Translations under genes and position numbers: made by a program
Notes under the pieces: generated by a model
Databases searched by the model: none
What the model saw: the letters and a program-made list of their open reading frames with translations, nothing else
Told to the model about the DNA's origin: nothing
IMG/VR virus record: IMGVR_UViG_2778261128_000006
Reading direction: 5' to 3' (one strand)
Source of the DNA: a virus
Taxonomy: Duplodnaviria > Heunggongvirae > Uroviricota > Caudoviricetes
Length of the DNA: 22,569 nucleotides
In this document: positions 1-9,684 of the stretch, in pieces
How the letters are laid out: each line of letters opens with the position of its first letter
How positions within the stretch are numbered: the stretch's first letter is position 1

Positions 1-1095
1 TCACACTTCTAGCGTTGCGAGGGGGTTGAATCTCAGAGCCGTCTCAAGATGATCGGGTGCTAAATGGGCATAGCGCATAGTCATTTTTATATCGTGATGT
101 CCGAGGATTTTTTGCAAAGCAAGGATATTTCCACCCGACATCATGAAGTGCGCCGCAAACGTATGGCGCAGAACGTGTGTCAGTTGACCGCGAGGGAGCA
201 CGATAGACGTTTTTTCCATCACGGATAAAAATTGAAAATAGCAGTCTGTAAAGAAATTGAACCCATCAAGCGCCATGATCTCTTCGTAAAGCTCTTTACT
301 GATAGGGATGCTTCTGTTTTTCTTCCCCTTCGTTCTTACAAAGGTAATTCGGTATTTGGTCACTTGCGAGCGGGTAAGATTTATTGCTTCTCGCCAGCGT
401 GCGCCTGTGCTTAGGCATATCTTGACTACCAGTGCCAGAATTGGGTCCTGACGTTTGCAATCAGCCAGCAGTTCAACAATCTGCTCATGGGTAAGCCATG
501 CCATCTCTTTTTCTGCGATGGTGAATTTTCGCATGTTCTCCAGTGGGTTCGGATACGACCATTCGCCCAGGCGGGATAGTTCGCTAAAAACACTACTTAG
601 ATAGCTTTGCTCCAGGTTAATGGTGACCGGGCTTGCTCCTTTCTTCCATTTCTCGCTGAAGTAGATCTCACCTGTCAGGCGTTTATCTCGATAGTGGGCA
701 AACATTTTAGAGGTTAGATCAGTTGCAAGGGGATTGCCCAGAGCGTCAACCATCAACAGCAGTTTGTCATAGACATGCTGCCCAGCTGTCAGAGATTTAC
801 CATGTAGTTTGAACCATAGCTCAATCACGTCTTTCAATGTCCGACGATCCACTGATTCGCCCAGCCAGGGCTTTGCTTCGGTTTCTTCCATCGTGTGACG
901 CTCAAAAGCCAGAGCTTCGCCTTTGGTGGCGAATTGTTTACGCACACGACGTCCACTACGTCCGGCGGGGTAACATTCGCAAAGCCATTTTCCTGTGGTG
1001 AGTTTTCGTACTGCCATAAAAAATGCCCTCCAGTAGAGAGCATTTTTACTGTATGTATAACCAGTGTCAATGTATGAAATCCTGCGACCATACAT
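1..1095 (-). CDS. int: Tyrosine site-specific integrase (phage integrase family)
   Basis: 364-aa ORF on minus strand; C-terminal catalytic region with conserved R...HxxR...Y-type residues (HTFAAHFMMSGG, RYAHL); sits at prophage edge next to the repressor as in P2/186. Stop codon at bases 1-3. Confidence 0.9.
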   Translation of the reverse strand: MYGRRISYIDTGYTYSKNALYWRAFFMAVRKLTTGKWLCECYPAGRSGRRVRKQFATKGEALAFERHTMEETEAKPWLGESVDRRTLKDVIELWFKLHGKSLTAGQHVYDKLLLMVDALGNPLATDLTSKMFAHYRDKRLTGEIYFSEKWKKGASPVTINLEQSYLSSVFSELSRLGEWSYPNPLENMRKFTIAEKEMAWLTHEQIVELLADCKRQDPILALVVKICLSTGARWREAINLTRSQVTKYRITFVRTKGKKNRSIPISKELYEEIMALDGFNFFTDCYFQFLSVMEKTSIVLPRGQLTHVLRHTFAAHFMMSGGNILALQKILGHHDIKMTMRYAHLAPDHLETALRFNPLATLEV

Positions 1096-1203
1096 CTCAC
1101 TGAAGCCATAATGAAGTTAGCTATTTTTTGCTATGTGAGTATGTGACTTTTGCGGTTAGCCTGCGGCTCATTGTTATATTAGGCGCAGATATAAAAGCAA
1201 AAT

Positions 1204-1395
1204 TTATCGCGAGTTTTTAGTACAGATTTTTTTTGATTTACTAATAGTTCCATCATTGCAAACGAACTTTCCATCGGAGGTACAGTGAGAGACACCTCCC
1301 TTTTTCCCAGAACAAGGATAATTTTTAGCATAGGTAGTTAGTGGGTTTAATAACAAAGAGCATGATAAAACCACAAAAAATACCTTACCAAGCAT
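1204..1395 (-). CDS. Small secreted protein, hypothetical (signal peptide plus about 40-aa basic mature peptide with 4 Cys)
   Basis: 63-aa ORF; hydrophobic N-terminus [16 protein letters not shown]...TYA then [37 protein letters not shown]; lies between int and cI in same orientation. Real-gene status not proven. Confidence 0.5.
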   Translation of the reverse strand: MLGKVFFVVLSCSLLLNPLTTYAKNYPCSGKKGGVSHCTSDGKFVCNDGTISKSKKICTKNSR

Positions 1396-1410
1396 AGTTT
1401 CCTCCCGGTA

Positions 1411-1986
1411 TTACCTAACGTACTTAATTGTTAAACTTATAATTTTCCCAATTATTTCAACATCTTCTATCTTGCACTCGAAGGCTCTATTTCCACCCTC
1501 GACGAAGATTCTTCCACCGGGTAAACGAGTAATGTCACGGATCGTTATTTCGCCATCAATACTTATTACCCATTTACCATCACGTATATCATCAAATTCC
1601 TTATCACAAATAAATTCAGAATTATTATCTGTGATTACAAAAAGATTCTTGAATGCCGACGGTAGAAATTCTCTATCGAAAATATAAAAACCGTCTTCAC
1701 ACAAGGCCCCATCAGATAATACATATTTAGCAACTTCCATAGTATTTGTATTACCTGAAGTTTGCTTTGAACCATGCCCGGTTGTGAGCCAATTAAGCGA
1801 GGTGCCTGTTTCAAGGGCGCACTGGATTACCCATTCTGCTGGGAATGAGTCACGCATGTAGCGTGTGGCGAGTGTACTTTTAGAGATTCCTAAATGATCG
1901 CACAACGCCTGTCGAGTCTTGAATCCATAAGCTTCTACCATGCGCTCTATAGCGCCTCGTCCGCCTTTCTCCAAATTCATGGTCAC
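1411..1986 (-). CDS. cI: Phage 186-type CI immunity repressor (N-terminal HTH, C-terminal oligomerisation domain)
   Basis: 191 aa, about the length of 186 CI as I recall it; motifs EAYGF, CALETG..L.WLTTG, RLPGG...V.GG..FEC resemble 186 CI from memory; divergent from rightward early operon. Confidence 0.85.
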   Translation of the reverse strand: MTMNLEKGGRGAIERMVEAYGFKTRQALCDHLGISKSTLATRYMRDSFPAEWVIQCALETGTSLNWLTTGHGSKQTSGNTNTMEVAKYVLSDGALCEDGFYIFDREFLPSAFKNLFVITDNNSEFICDKEFDDIRDGKWVISIDGEITIRDITRLPGGRIFVEGGNRAFECKIEDVEIIGKIISLTIKYVR

Positions 1987-2004
1987 TCCAAGTGAACTTT
2001 TATC

Positions 2005-2033
2005 TTGACGATTTCACTGTGCGATCGTATGTT
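2005..2033 (+). promoter_or_regulatory. Candidate rightward early promoter (pR-like): -35 TTGACG, 17-bp spacer, -10 TATGTT
   Basis: TTGACG at 2005-2010 and TATGTT at 2028-2033 in the cI / apl divergent intergenic region; flanking inverted repeat GTGAA...TTCAC could be operator. Confidence 0.4.
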
Positions 2034-2105
2034 TATGGTGTTCACAAAATACAAACGATCCGTATTCGTCCTGATTAATCATCATTAAACGAGGAATGTT
2101 GCATC

Positions 2106-2327
2106 ATGAGACCTAACATTTCAATCACTCTTACCACCCCTCATGTGACTATTGAACGCTATAGCGAGCTGACAGGGCTATCCATCGATACCATCAATGA
2201 CATGTTGGCTGATGGACGCCTTATCCGTCACCGACTGCGCAAAGATAAAAAACGCGAAAAAGTGATGATCAACATAGCAGCAATGACCGTTGATGCGCTT
2301 TCAGAATGCAATCTAAACCTTAATTAG
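2106..2327 (+). CDS. Apl/Cox-like small early regulator (putative excisionase / Cro-like HTH protein)
   Basis: 73-aa ORF first in the rightward operon, position equivalent to 186 apl / P2 cox; assignment is positional, not motif-based. Confidence 0.5.
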   Translation: MRPNISITLTTPHVTIERYSELTGLSIDTINDMLADGRLIRHRLRKDKKREKVMINIAAMTVDALSECNLNLN

Positions 2328-2359
2328 TTCGATTCTGAAATACATCAGAGGCATTGACC

Positions 2360-2869
2360 ATGTTTGATTACCAAGTTTCCAAACATCCACATTTTGATGA
2401 AGCCTGTCGTGCATTCGCATTGCGCCACAACCTGGTGCAACTGGCAGAACGTGCTGGCATGAATGTGCAGATTCTGCGGAACAAGTTGAACCCAGCGCAA
2501 CCTCATTTATTAACCGCACCAGAAATCTGGCTGCTTACCGATCTGACTGAAGATTCAACGCTGGTAGATGGTTTTCTGGCTCAGATTCACTGCCTGCCAT
2601 GCGTACCGATTAATGAGGTGGCAAAAGAGAAACTGCCACATTACGTCATGAGTGCAACCGCAGAGATCGGGCGTGTTGCTGCAGGTGCGGTATCTGGCGA
2701 TGTAAAAACCAGTGCAGGTCGTCGTGATGCTATCAGCAGCATTAACTCTGTAACACGACTGATGGCGTTGGCTGCTGTTTCATTGCAGGCCCGTTTACAG
2801 GCTAACCCTGCGATGGCGAGTGCAGTTGATACCGTGACTGGCCTCGGTGCTTCATTCGGTTTGCTGTGA
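2360..2869 (+). CDS. cII: CII-like phage regulatory protein
   Basis: 169 aa from ATG at 2360 (the track ORF starts earlier at a TTG), about the length of 186 CII as I recall it; position after apl; RBS-like AGAGG upstream. Confidence 0.7.
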   Translation: MFDYQVSKHPHFDEACRAFALRHNLVQLAERAGMNVQILRNKLNPAQPHLLTAPEIWLLTDLTEDSTLVDGFLAQIHCLPCVPINEVAKEKLPHYVMSATAEIGRVAAGAVSGDVKTSAGRRDAISSINSVTRLMALAAVSLQARLQANPAMASAVDTVTGLGASFGLL

Positions 2870-2876
2870 GGTGCTT

Positions 2877-3077
2877 ATGCTGACGAAAGAACCATCATTT
2901 GCATCGCTGCTGGTAAAGCAAAGCCCGGCAATGCACTACGGTCACGGCTGGATCATGGGTGAGGATGGAAAACGCTGGCATCCGTGCCGTTCACAAGATG
3001 AATTGCTGGCAGAACTATCTACGAAAAAACGGGGGAACAAATGGCTATTGAAGGCGCTGCGGCGACTGTTCCATTAA
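2877..3077 (+). CDS. Hypothetical small early protein
   Basis: ATG at 2877 inside track ORF 2847-3077; tightly packed in early operon. Confidence 0.45.
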   Translation: MLTKEPSFASLLVKQSPAMHYGHGWIMGEDGKRWHPCRSQDELLAELSTKKRGNKWLLKALRRLFH

Positions 3078-3382
3078 GACCCGGTGAACGCCTGAATGGA
3101 CTTAATCATATTGCGGAGTTAAGGGCGAAAGTTTTTGGTTTGAATATTGAGTCAGAGCTTGAGCGGTTTATTAAAGATATGCGTGATCCACGGGATATCA
3201 ATAATGAACAAAATAAACGGGCACTGGCTGCCATATTCTTTATGGCAAAAATTCCAGCTGAACGTCATAGCATCAGCATTAATGAGCTGACCACTGACGA
3301 AAAGCGGGAGTTGATTAAAGCAATGAATCATTTTCGTGCAGTGGTGAGCTTATTTCCCAGACGGCTAACCATGCCGAATTAA
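3041..3382 (+). CDS. Hypothetical early protein (113 aa)
   Basis: ORF in early operon; overlaps previous gene end as is typical for phage operons. Confidence 0.5.
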   Translation: MAIEGAAATVPLRPGERLNGLNHIAELRAKVFGLNIESELERFIKDMRDPRDINNEQNKRALAAIFFMAKIPAERHSISINELTTDEKRELIKAMNHFRAVVSLFPRRLTMPN

Positions 3383-3449
3383 CCAACTAATGAAATTAAT
3401 GGCGTAAACCCGCCGGGCATCCCTTTATCTAAATTCAGGAGAATTGCTT

Positions 3450-3683
3450 ATGCGTAATATTGAAACCCTCACGACCAAAACCGGACCGGATGATGCAGGT
3501 CTTAATCTTTTACTGACAGAGGCTCGTCTGGAAGAACGCCGGGCAAGGGCTGAAGCAATGGCTGCTCGCCTCGATAGCCTGGCGTGTCATATCACCTCCC
3601 GCCAGCTAAACCACGTCGAAGCGGCAGAACTGCTGCGTGTGACTGCTGAAGCAATCCAGAACGAAGCGCAGGAGATCCACTGA
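3450..3683 (+). CDS. Hypothetical small early protein (about 77 aa)
   Basis: ATG at 3450 preceded by GGAG; stop overlaps start of next gene (ATGA at 3680-3686). Confidence 0.5.
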   Translation: MRNIETLTTKTGPDDAGLNLLLTEARLEERRARAEAMAARLDSLACHITSRQLNHVEAAELLRVTAEAIQNEAQEIH

Positions 3684-3910
3684 TGGCTGATGCAATGGAT
3701 CTCGTACAGCAGCGCGTTGAAGAAGAACGCCAACGCCATATCCGTGCTGCCCGTGCCAAAACGCCGGGCGTGTCCCGCGTGCTTTGCGTTGAGTGTGAAG
3801 CGCCAATTCCGCCAGCACGCCGCCGTGCCATTCCTGGAGTGCAGCTTTGCATTACCTGCCAGGAAATCGCAGAGCTGAAAGGCAAACATTACAACGGAGG
3901 TGCTGTATGA
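3683..3910 (+). CDS. TraR/DksA-family C4 zinc-finger protein
   Basis: 75 aa with CxxC...CxxC (CVECEAP...CITCQE), typical of phage TraR-like zinc finger proteins found upstream of gene A in P2-like phages. Confidence 0.65.
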   Translation: MADAMDLVQQRVEEERQRHIRAARAKTPGVSRVLCVECEAPIPPARRRAIPGVQLCITCQEIAELKGKHYNGGAV

Positions 3911-4764
3911 GCACCATCCTGAAATGGGCGGGTAATAAAACCGCCATTATGTCCGAACTGAAAAAATACCTTCCTGCTGGCCCGCGACTGGTTGAACCTT
4001 TCGCGGGTTCTTGTGCTGTGATGATGGCGACGGATTACCCCAGCTATCTGGTTGCGGATATTAATCCTGATTTAATCAACCTCTATAAAAAGATTGCCGC
4101 TGATTGCGAAGCGTTTATATCTCGTGCCAAAGTTTTATTTGAGGAAGCAAACAGTGAGCTGGCTTATTACAACATAAGACAGGAGTTTAATTACTCAACT
4201 GAAATTACTGATTTCATGAAGGCGATATATTTCCTGTATCTCAATCGTCACGGTTACCGTGGTTTATGTCGCTATAACAAGAGCGGGTATTTCAACATTC
4301 CCTACGGTAATTATAAAAATCCGTATTTCCCTGAAAAAGAAATTCGCGCATTTGCAGAGAAAGCCCAGCGGGCAACGTTTATCTGCGCGAGCTTTGATGA
4401 AACGCTGGCGATGCTGCAGGTGGGGGATGTGGTGTATTGCGATCCGCCGTATGACGGTACGTTTTCCGGCTATCACACTGATGGTTTCACTGAAGATGAC
4501 CAGTATCACCTGGCATCCATTCTTGAACATCGGTCATCAGAAGGACATCCGGTCATTGTTTCTAACAATGACACATCCCTGATTCGTTCGCTGTATCGCA
4601 ATTTTACTCACCACTATATCAAGGCAAAACGCAGCATCGGCGTGTCAGCTGGCGAGGGTAAATCTGCAACAGAAATCATTGCTGTTTCCGGGCCGAGCTG
4701 CTGGTTGGGATTTGATCCTTCGCGTGGCGTGGATAGTTCTGCCGTGTACGGAGTGTGTGTATGA
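3907..4764 (+). CDS. dam: DNA N6-adenine methyltransferase (Dam-like, D12 class)
   Basis: N-terminal KWAGNK...FAGS AdoMet-binding motif and catalytic DPPY motif ([10 protein letters not shown]); ATG at 3907 after GGAGG. Confidence 0.85.
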   Translation: MSTILKWAGNKTAIMSELKKYLPAGPRLVEPFAGSCAVMMATDYPSYLVADINPDLINLYKKIAADCEAFISRAKVLFEEANSELAYYNIRQEFNYSTEITDFMKAIYFLYLNRHGYRGLCRYNKSGYFNIPYGNYKNPYFPEKEIRAFAEKAQRATFICASFDETLAMLQVGDVVYCDPPYDGTFSGYHTDGFTEDDQYHLASILEHRSSEGHPVIVSNNDTSLIRSLYRNFTHHYIKAKRSIGVSAGEGKSATEIIAVSGPSCWLGFDPSRGVDSSAVYGVCV

Positions 4765-7175
4765 GTCATGACGATATGAACTATTGCAGCGGCTTTAACG
4801 AGGCCGCCGCAGCATTTTCATGGAACGGCTCGAAAAAGGCCATTAACCCTTATCTGGACCCGGCGGAAGTTGCGCCGGAGTCTGCACTTTCAAACCTGAT
4901 CACTCTGTACGCTGCCGATAACGAGCAGGAACAACTGCGCCGCGAGGCACTGAGTGAGCAGGTCTGGGAGCGTTATTTCTTTAATGAATCCCGTGATCCT
5001 GTCCAGCGCGAAATGGAGCAGGATAAGCTCATTAGCCGGGCAAAGCTGGCGCATGAGCAGCAGCGTTTTAATCCGGACATGGTCATTCTGGCGGACGTAA
5101 ACGCCCAGCCTTCCCATATCAGCAAGCCGCTGATGCAACGTATTGAATACTTCAGCAGCCTGGGCAGGCCAAAGGCTTATTCCCGCTATTTGCGTGAGAC
5201 GATTAAGCCATGTCTGGAGCGACTGGATTGTGTACGTGACAGTCAGCTATCTGTTTCTTTCCGTTTTATGGCAAGCCATCAAGGGCTGGAGGGTCTGCTG
5301 ATCCTGCCTGAAATGAGCCAGGATCAGGTGAAACGCCTGTCCACCCTGGTAGCAGCGCATATGAGCATGTGTCTTGAGGACGCTTGTGGTGATTTGTATG
5401 CCACCGATGACGTTAAGCCAGAAGAAATCCGCAAGACATGGGAAAAGGTGGCAGCGGAAACCCTGCGTCTGGATGTTATCCCGCCTGCGTTTGAGAAACT
5501 TCGTCGGAAAATAAACCGCCGCAAACCAGTGCTCTATGAACTCATCCCGGGTTCGCTGGCGCGTATGTTGTGTGCCGACTGGTGGTATCGGAAATTATGG
5601 AAGATGCGTTGCGAATGGCGGGAAGAGCAGTTGCGTGCTGTCTGCCTGGTCAGCAAAAAAGCATCCCCCTATGTCAGCTATGAAGCCGTGATGCATAAAC
5701 GTGAGCAGCGCCGTAAGTCGCTGGAGTTTTTTCGTTCTCATGAACTGGTGAACGAAGACGGCGACACGCTGGATATGGAAGATGTGGTAAACGCCAGCAG
5801 CAGCAACCCGGCGCATCGCCGCAATGAGATGATGGCCTGTGTTAAAGGTCTGGAGCTTATCGCGGAAATGCGCAGTGACTGTGCCGTTTTCTACACTATC
5901 ACCTGTCCGTCGCGTTTCCATTCCACGCTCAATAACGGCAGACCAAACCCGACCTGGACAAACGCGACGGTAAGACAAAGTAGCGATTATCTGGTCGGCA
6001 TGTTTGCTGCATTTCGTAAGGCTATGCATAAAGCCGAGTTGCGCTGGTATGGCGTGCGGGTAGCTGAGCCGCATCATGACGGTACTGTGCACTGGCATCT
6101 CATGTGTTTCATGCGTAAAAAAGACCGCCGCGCCATCACTGCATTACTGCGTAAGTTTGCCATCCGTGAAGACCGCGAGGAGCTGGGCAATAACACGGGA
6201 CCACGCTTTAAGTCTGAGCTGATAAACCCGCGCAAAGGTACGCCAACAAGCTATATCGCGAAATACATCAGTAAGAACATTGACGGGCGTGGTCTGGCTG
6301 GGGAGATCAGCAAGGAAACGGGTAAATCCCTGCGTGATAACGCTGAATACGTTAATGCCTGGGCGTCTCTGCATCGTGTTCAGCAATTCCGCTTCTTTGG
6401 CATTCCGGGGCGTCAGGCTTACCGTGAACTGCGATTGCTGGCTGGTCAGGCGGCAAGGCAACAGGGTGACAAAAAAGCAGGTGCGCCGGTACTGGATAAC
6501 CCGCGTCTTGATGCAATCCTGGCTGCTGCTGATGCTGGTTGTTTTGCCACCTACATCATGAAGCAGGGCGGCGTACTGGTTCCCCGCAAATATCACCTCA
6601 TCAGAACTGCTTATGAAATCAACGAAGAACCGACCGCATATGGCGATCACGGTATTCGTATTTATGGCATCTGGTCACCCATTGCAGAGGGCAAGATCTG
6701 CACTCATGCGGTGAAGTGGAAAATGGTTCGTAAGGCCGTTGACGTTCAGGAGGCGGCAGCCGACCAGGGCGCTTGCGCCCCTTGGACTCGTGGCAATAAC
6801 TGTCCCCTTGCTGAAAATTTGAACCAACAAGGGAAAGACAAATCAGCTGATGGGGACTCCAGAACGGATATTACCCGTATGAATGACAAGGAGTTGCACA
6901 ATTACCTGCACAGTATGAGCAAAAAAGAGCGCCGGGAACTGGCTGCAAGGTTACGCCAGGTGAAACCGAAACGGCGTAAAGACTACAAACAGCGAATTAC
7001 AGACCATCAGCGACAGCAGCTCGTCTATGAACTGAAGTCCAGGGGATTTGATGGCAGCGAGAAAGAAGTCGATTTGCTCCTTCGCGGCGGCAGTATTCCG
7101 TCAGGAGCAGGCCTGCGTATCTTCTATCGGAACCAGCGTCTGAAGGAAGATGATAAGTGGCGGAACCTGTATTAA
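4755..7175 (+). CDS. A: P2 gpA-type replication initiation endonuclease
   Basis: About 800-aa ORF at the position of gene A in P2/186; rolling-circle initiator-like region around [10 protein letters not shown] with downstream tyrosines (YIAKYISK); start may be ATG 4755 or 4761. Confidence 0.85.
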   Translation: MCMSHDDMNYCSGFNEAAAAFSWNGSKKAINPYLDPAEVAPESALSNLITLYAADNEQEQLRREALSEQVWERYFFNESRDPVQREMEQDKLISRAKLAHEQQRFNPDMVILADVNAQPSHISKPLMQRIEYFSSLGRPKAYSRYLRETIKPCLERLDCVRDSQLSVSFRFMASHQGLEGLLILPEMSQDQVKRLSTLVAAHMSMCLEDACGDLYATDDVKPEEIRKTWEKVAAETLRLDVIPPAFEKLRRKINRRKPVLYELIPGSLARMLCADWWYRKLWKMRCEWREEQLRAVCLVSKKASPYVSYEAVMHKREQRRKSLEFFRSHELVNEDGDTLDMEDVVNASSSNPAHRRNEMMACVKGLELIAEMRSDCAVFYTITCPSRFHSTLNNGRPNPTWTNATVRQSSDYLVGMFAAFRKAMHKAELRWYGVRVAEPHHDGTVHWHLMCFMRKKDRRAITALLRKFAIREDREELGNNTGPRFKSELINPRKGTPTSYIAKYISKNIDGRGLAGEISKETGKSLRDNAEYVNAWASLHRVQQFRFFGIPGRQAYRELRLLAGQAARQQGDKKAGAPVLDNPRLDAILAAADAGCFATYIMKQGGVLVPRKYHLIRTAYEINEEPTAYGDHGIRIYGIWSPIAEGKICTHAVKWKMVRKAVDVQEAAADQGACAPWTRGNNCPLAENLNQQGKDKSADGDSRTDITRMNDKELHNYLHSMSKKERRELAARLRQVKPKRRKDYKQRITDHQRQQLVYELKSRGFDGSEKEVDLLLRGGSIPSGAGLRIFYRNQRLKEDDKWRNLY

Positions 7176-7267
7176 TTACGCGGGTTGACAATTCGTGCTC
7201 TTAATAATACCAGGCATATCAGGCCGATGAACGTAAAAAAACGTTTTACATCAGTAAGATTATTATA

Positions 7268-7287
7268 TACTGTAAATATAAACAGTG
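7268..7287. promoter_or_regulatory. LexA SOS box (CTGT-N8-ACAG)
   Basis: TACTGTAAATATAAACAGTG: CTGT at 7270-7273, 8-nt AT-rich spacer, ACAG at 7282-7285; a second partial half-site (GTATACAG) follows; just upstream of strong RBS AGGAGG and ATG 7328. Confidence 0.6.
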
Positions 7288-7327
7288 GTTATGTATACAG
7301 TATTGTTTTGGTGTCATAGGAGGAAAG

Positions 7328-7516
7328 ATGCAGGACTATTTTTTGGAGTCTTTGAAGCTCCAGCGCATTGATTTTTTTCTTAAGCTTGTAGCGGCTAGTG
7401 AGTGTAGTGATGAAGAGAAGGGGCTGGCTCTGCAGTGGGTTTCTGAATTGACTGATGAACTCATGGCAAAAATCAGAAGCCACGAATACAACCGCTCAAT
7501 GGATGTCATCAGCTGA
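7328..7516 (+). CDS. Small protein downstream of LexA box; possible N-terminal part of a Tum-like antirepressor
   Basis: 62-aa ORF with strong RBS (TAGGAGGAAAG ATG); overlaps in another frame with the upstream extension of the DinI-like ORF. Confidence 0.4.
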   Translation: MQDYFLESLKLQRIDFFLKLVAASECSDEEKGLALQWVSELTDELMAKIRSHEYNRSMDVIS

Positions 7517-7526
7517 GGTGACTTTT

Positions 7527-7760
7527 ATGCGCATTGAAATAATGATCGATAAAGAGCAGAAGATTAGCCAGTCTACCCTGGACGCCCTTGAATCCGAGCT
7601 TTACCGCAATCTGCGCCCCCTGTATCCCAAAACGGTAATTCGCATTCGCAAAGGTAGCTCTAACGGTGTGGAACTAACCGGACTGCAACTGGATGAAGAA
7701 AGAAAACAAGTGATGAAAATTATGCAGAAGGTGTGGGAGGACGACAGCTGGCTGCATTAA
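7527..7760 (+). CDS. DinI-like protein (DNA-damage-inducible protein I family)
   Basis: 77 aa starting MRIEIMIDKEQ...; resembles DinI (MRIEVTIAK... with C-terminal W-E-D-W acidic tail) from memory; under LexA box. Confidence 0.7.
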   Translation: MRIEIMIDKEQKISQSTLDALESELYRNLRPLYPKTVIRIRKGSSNGVELTGLQLDEERKQVMKIMQKVWEDDSWLH

Positions 7761-7952
7761 GAAATGTTGCCCCCAGGAGGATTCATTCTGATGGGGGCTA
7801 GTTTGGGCAATGAGTGAAATAAGGCGTAAGGTGGGCGGTTATTTTGATAAGTGATCGTCCGCTTTGTGTCAGAAGCAGAAGTGGGAGTGTCTGAGACTCT
7901 CTAAAAGTTGATGATTCACTTACAAAACCATTTTCCTGATGGATGCTTACAC

Positions 7953-8288
7953 TTACGAATGATCATTCTGTTTAGTCTTCATGAGAAAATCCCGAATCTT
8001 TGCCAAGTTTGAATTTTCGGGGATTGAATCCATGTACGGATCACGCTCAAACACTAATTGCTCAGATTCAACGAAAGCCTGCCACTCTACTGGGTCTAGC
8101 TCAAATCCCATTGCTGTCATATCACTTTCATCTTCCCCCTCGATCCAGTGGACTAAATAAAACAATTCATCATCAGGAGAATCATCCTCACCATCAACAA
8201 TATCAACATCGGTTACAGTGATACGTAGGGTGGGATCGATTTTTGAGACATAAATTCCTAACTGTGGTATAGGGGGAATATTGTTCAT
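7953..8288 (-). CDS. Highly acidic hypothetical protein (111 aa)
   Basis: Minus-strand ORF with AAGGAG RBS 7 nt upstream of ATG; D/E-rich (stretches DGEDDSPDDE, EGEDESD); divergent from retron operon. Confidence 0.6.
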   Translation of the reverse strand: MNNIPPIPQLGIYVSKIDPTLRITVTDVDIVDGEDDSPDDELFYLVHWIEGEDESDMTAMGFELDPVEWQAFVESEQLVFERDPYMDSIPENSNLAKIRDFLMKTKQNDHS

Positions 8289-8760
8289 GGAAACTCCTTT
8301 TATTGGTGTTTGCTATTTGAATAAAAATACGCCAAACAGAGTGTTAACTGTGAATATGGAAAGAATCGTTGTAAGTACCCCGCTTAGGTGTCCCATTCTA
8401 TTTTAGAGGTTCTCGTGCATATGGATTATGTTATCTGAAAGTTAACTTCCGCTTCCCGTTCACAGCGAACATTCATCTTTGTAAACCCGTATGATCCGTT
8501 TTTCAAGTGGCCATTCAGATACGGATTTTCACTTCCTTGACAGTGCATGACTATGCTGCATGAAATCGCATGATCGATTGAGGATCGTCTTTGCTCAGAT
8601 CCGCCAGAACTGGCGGGCTTTTGCTCATGTTATGCATGTGCATGAAAACCACTGCATAAAGCGGGCAGGCGTGGCGGGGATACGAGCGCGCGCCATGTGG
8701 TATGGAGATTGGATCTATTCATAACTTGATGTATAAAGTAGAAAAAAAAGCGGGGAGATT

Positions 8761-9684
8761 ATGAATAAAAAATTTACCGATGAGCAGCAACAACAGCTTA
8801 TAGGACATCTCACAAAGAAAGGCTTCTATCGAGGAGCTAATATTAAAATAACCATTTTTCTATGTGGTGGTGACGTTGCTAATCATCAATCTTGGCGTCA
8901 TCAATTATCACAATTTTTAGCAAAGTTCAGTGATGTTGATATATTTTATCCAGAAGATCTATTTGATGATCTTTTGGCTGGTCAAGGGCAGCATAGCCTT
9001 TTAAGTTTAGAAAATATTCTGGCTGAAGCTGTCGATGTAATAATTTTATTTCCTGAAAGTCCGGGGTCTTTCACAGAGCTTGGTGCGTTCTCTAATAATG
9101 AAAACTTAAGGAGAAAGTTGATTTGCATTCAAGATGCAAAATTTAAATCAAAACGTAGCTTTATTAACTATGGTCCTGTTCGCCTGTTGCGTAAGTTTAA
9201 TTCAAAATCTGTTTTGCGTTGTAGTTCAAATGAACTAAAAGAAATGTGTGATTCATCTATTGATGTTGCCAGAAAATTACGATTATATAAAAAATTAATG
9301 GCATCTATTAAGAAGGTTAGGAAAGAAAATAAAGTATCAAAAGATATTGGAAATATATTATACGCAGAGCGGTTTCTATTGCCTTGTATCTATTTACTGG
9401 ATAGTGTCAACTACCGCACACTGTGTGAACTAGCTTTTAAAGCGATAAAGCAAGATGATGTTTTATCTAAAATTATTGTTAGATCCGTTGTTTCTCGTCT
9501 AATAAATGAACGAAAAATACTTCAAATGACTGATGGTTATCAGGTCACTGCTTTGGGGGCTAGCTATGTTAGGAGCGTCTTTGATAGAAAGACACTTGAC
9601 CGATTGCGGCTTGAGATTATGAATTTTGAAAACCGTAGAAAATCAACATTTAACTATGATAAGATTCCGTATGCGCACCCTTAG
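8761..9684 (+). CDS. Retron effector, nucleoside 2-deoxyribosyltransferase-like (NDT) protein with C-terminal basic domain
   Basis: 307-aa AT-rich ORF directly upstream of msr-msd and RT; Rossmann-like N-terminal region (KITIFLCGG ... VIILFPESPGSFTELG); its 3' end overlaps the a1 repeat; matches the Retron-Eco1 effector as I recall it. Confidence 0.8.
   Translation: MNKKFTDEQQQQLIGHLTKKGFYRGANIKITIFLCGGDVANHQSWRHQLSQFLAKFSDVDIFYPEDLFDDLLAGQGQHSLLSLENILAEAVDVIILFPESPGSFTELGAFSNNENLRRKLICIQDAKFKSKRSFINYGPVRLLRKFNSKSVLRCSSNELKEMCDSSIDVARKLRLYKKLMASIKKVRKENKVSKDIGNILYAERFLLPCIYLLDSVNYRTLCELAFKAIKQDDVLSKIIVRSVVSRLINERKILQMTDGYQVTALGASYVRSVFDRKTLDRLRLEIMNFENRRKSTFNYDKIPYAHP

Noticed and set aside
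1-1095. Integrase at the window edge initially suggested a P4-type satellite or generic integrative island
   Set aside because: Neighbouring genes (186-type CI, CII, gpA, portal Q, terminase P, scaffold O, R, S, ogr) show a P2/186-family prophage, not a satellite.
3587-3889. Overlapping minus-strand ORFs antisense to the TraR-like zinc-finger gene region
   Set aside because: Alternative frames of a GC-rich stretch; the plus-strand genes have better starts and recognisable motifs.
5324-6650. Minus-strand ORFs of 66-168 aa inside replication gene A
   Set aside because: Antisense to a conserved 806-aa CDS; no RBS or independent support.
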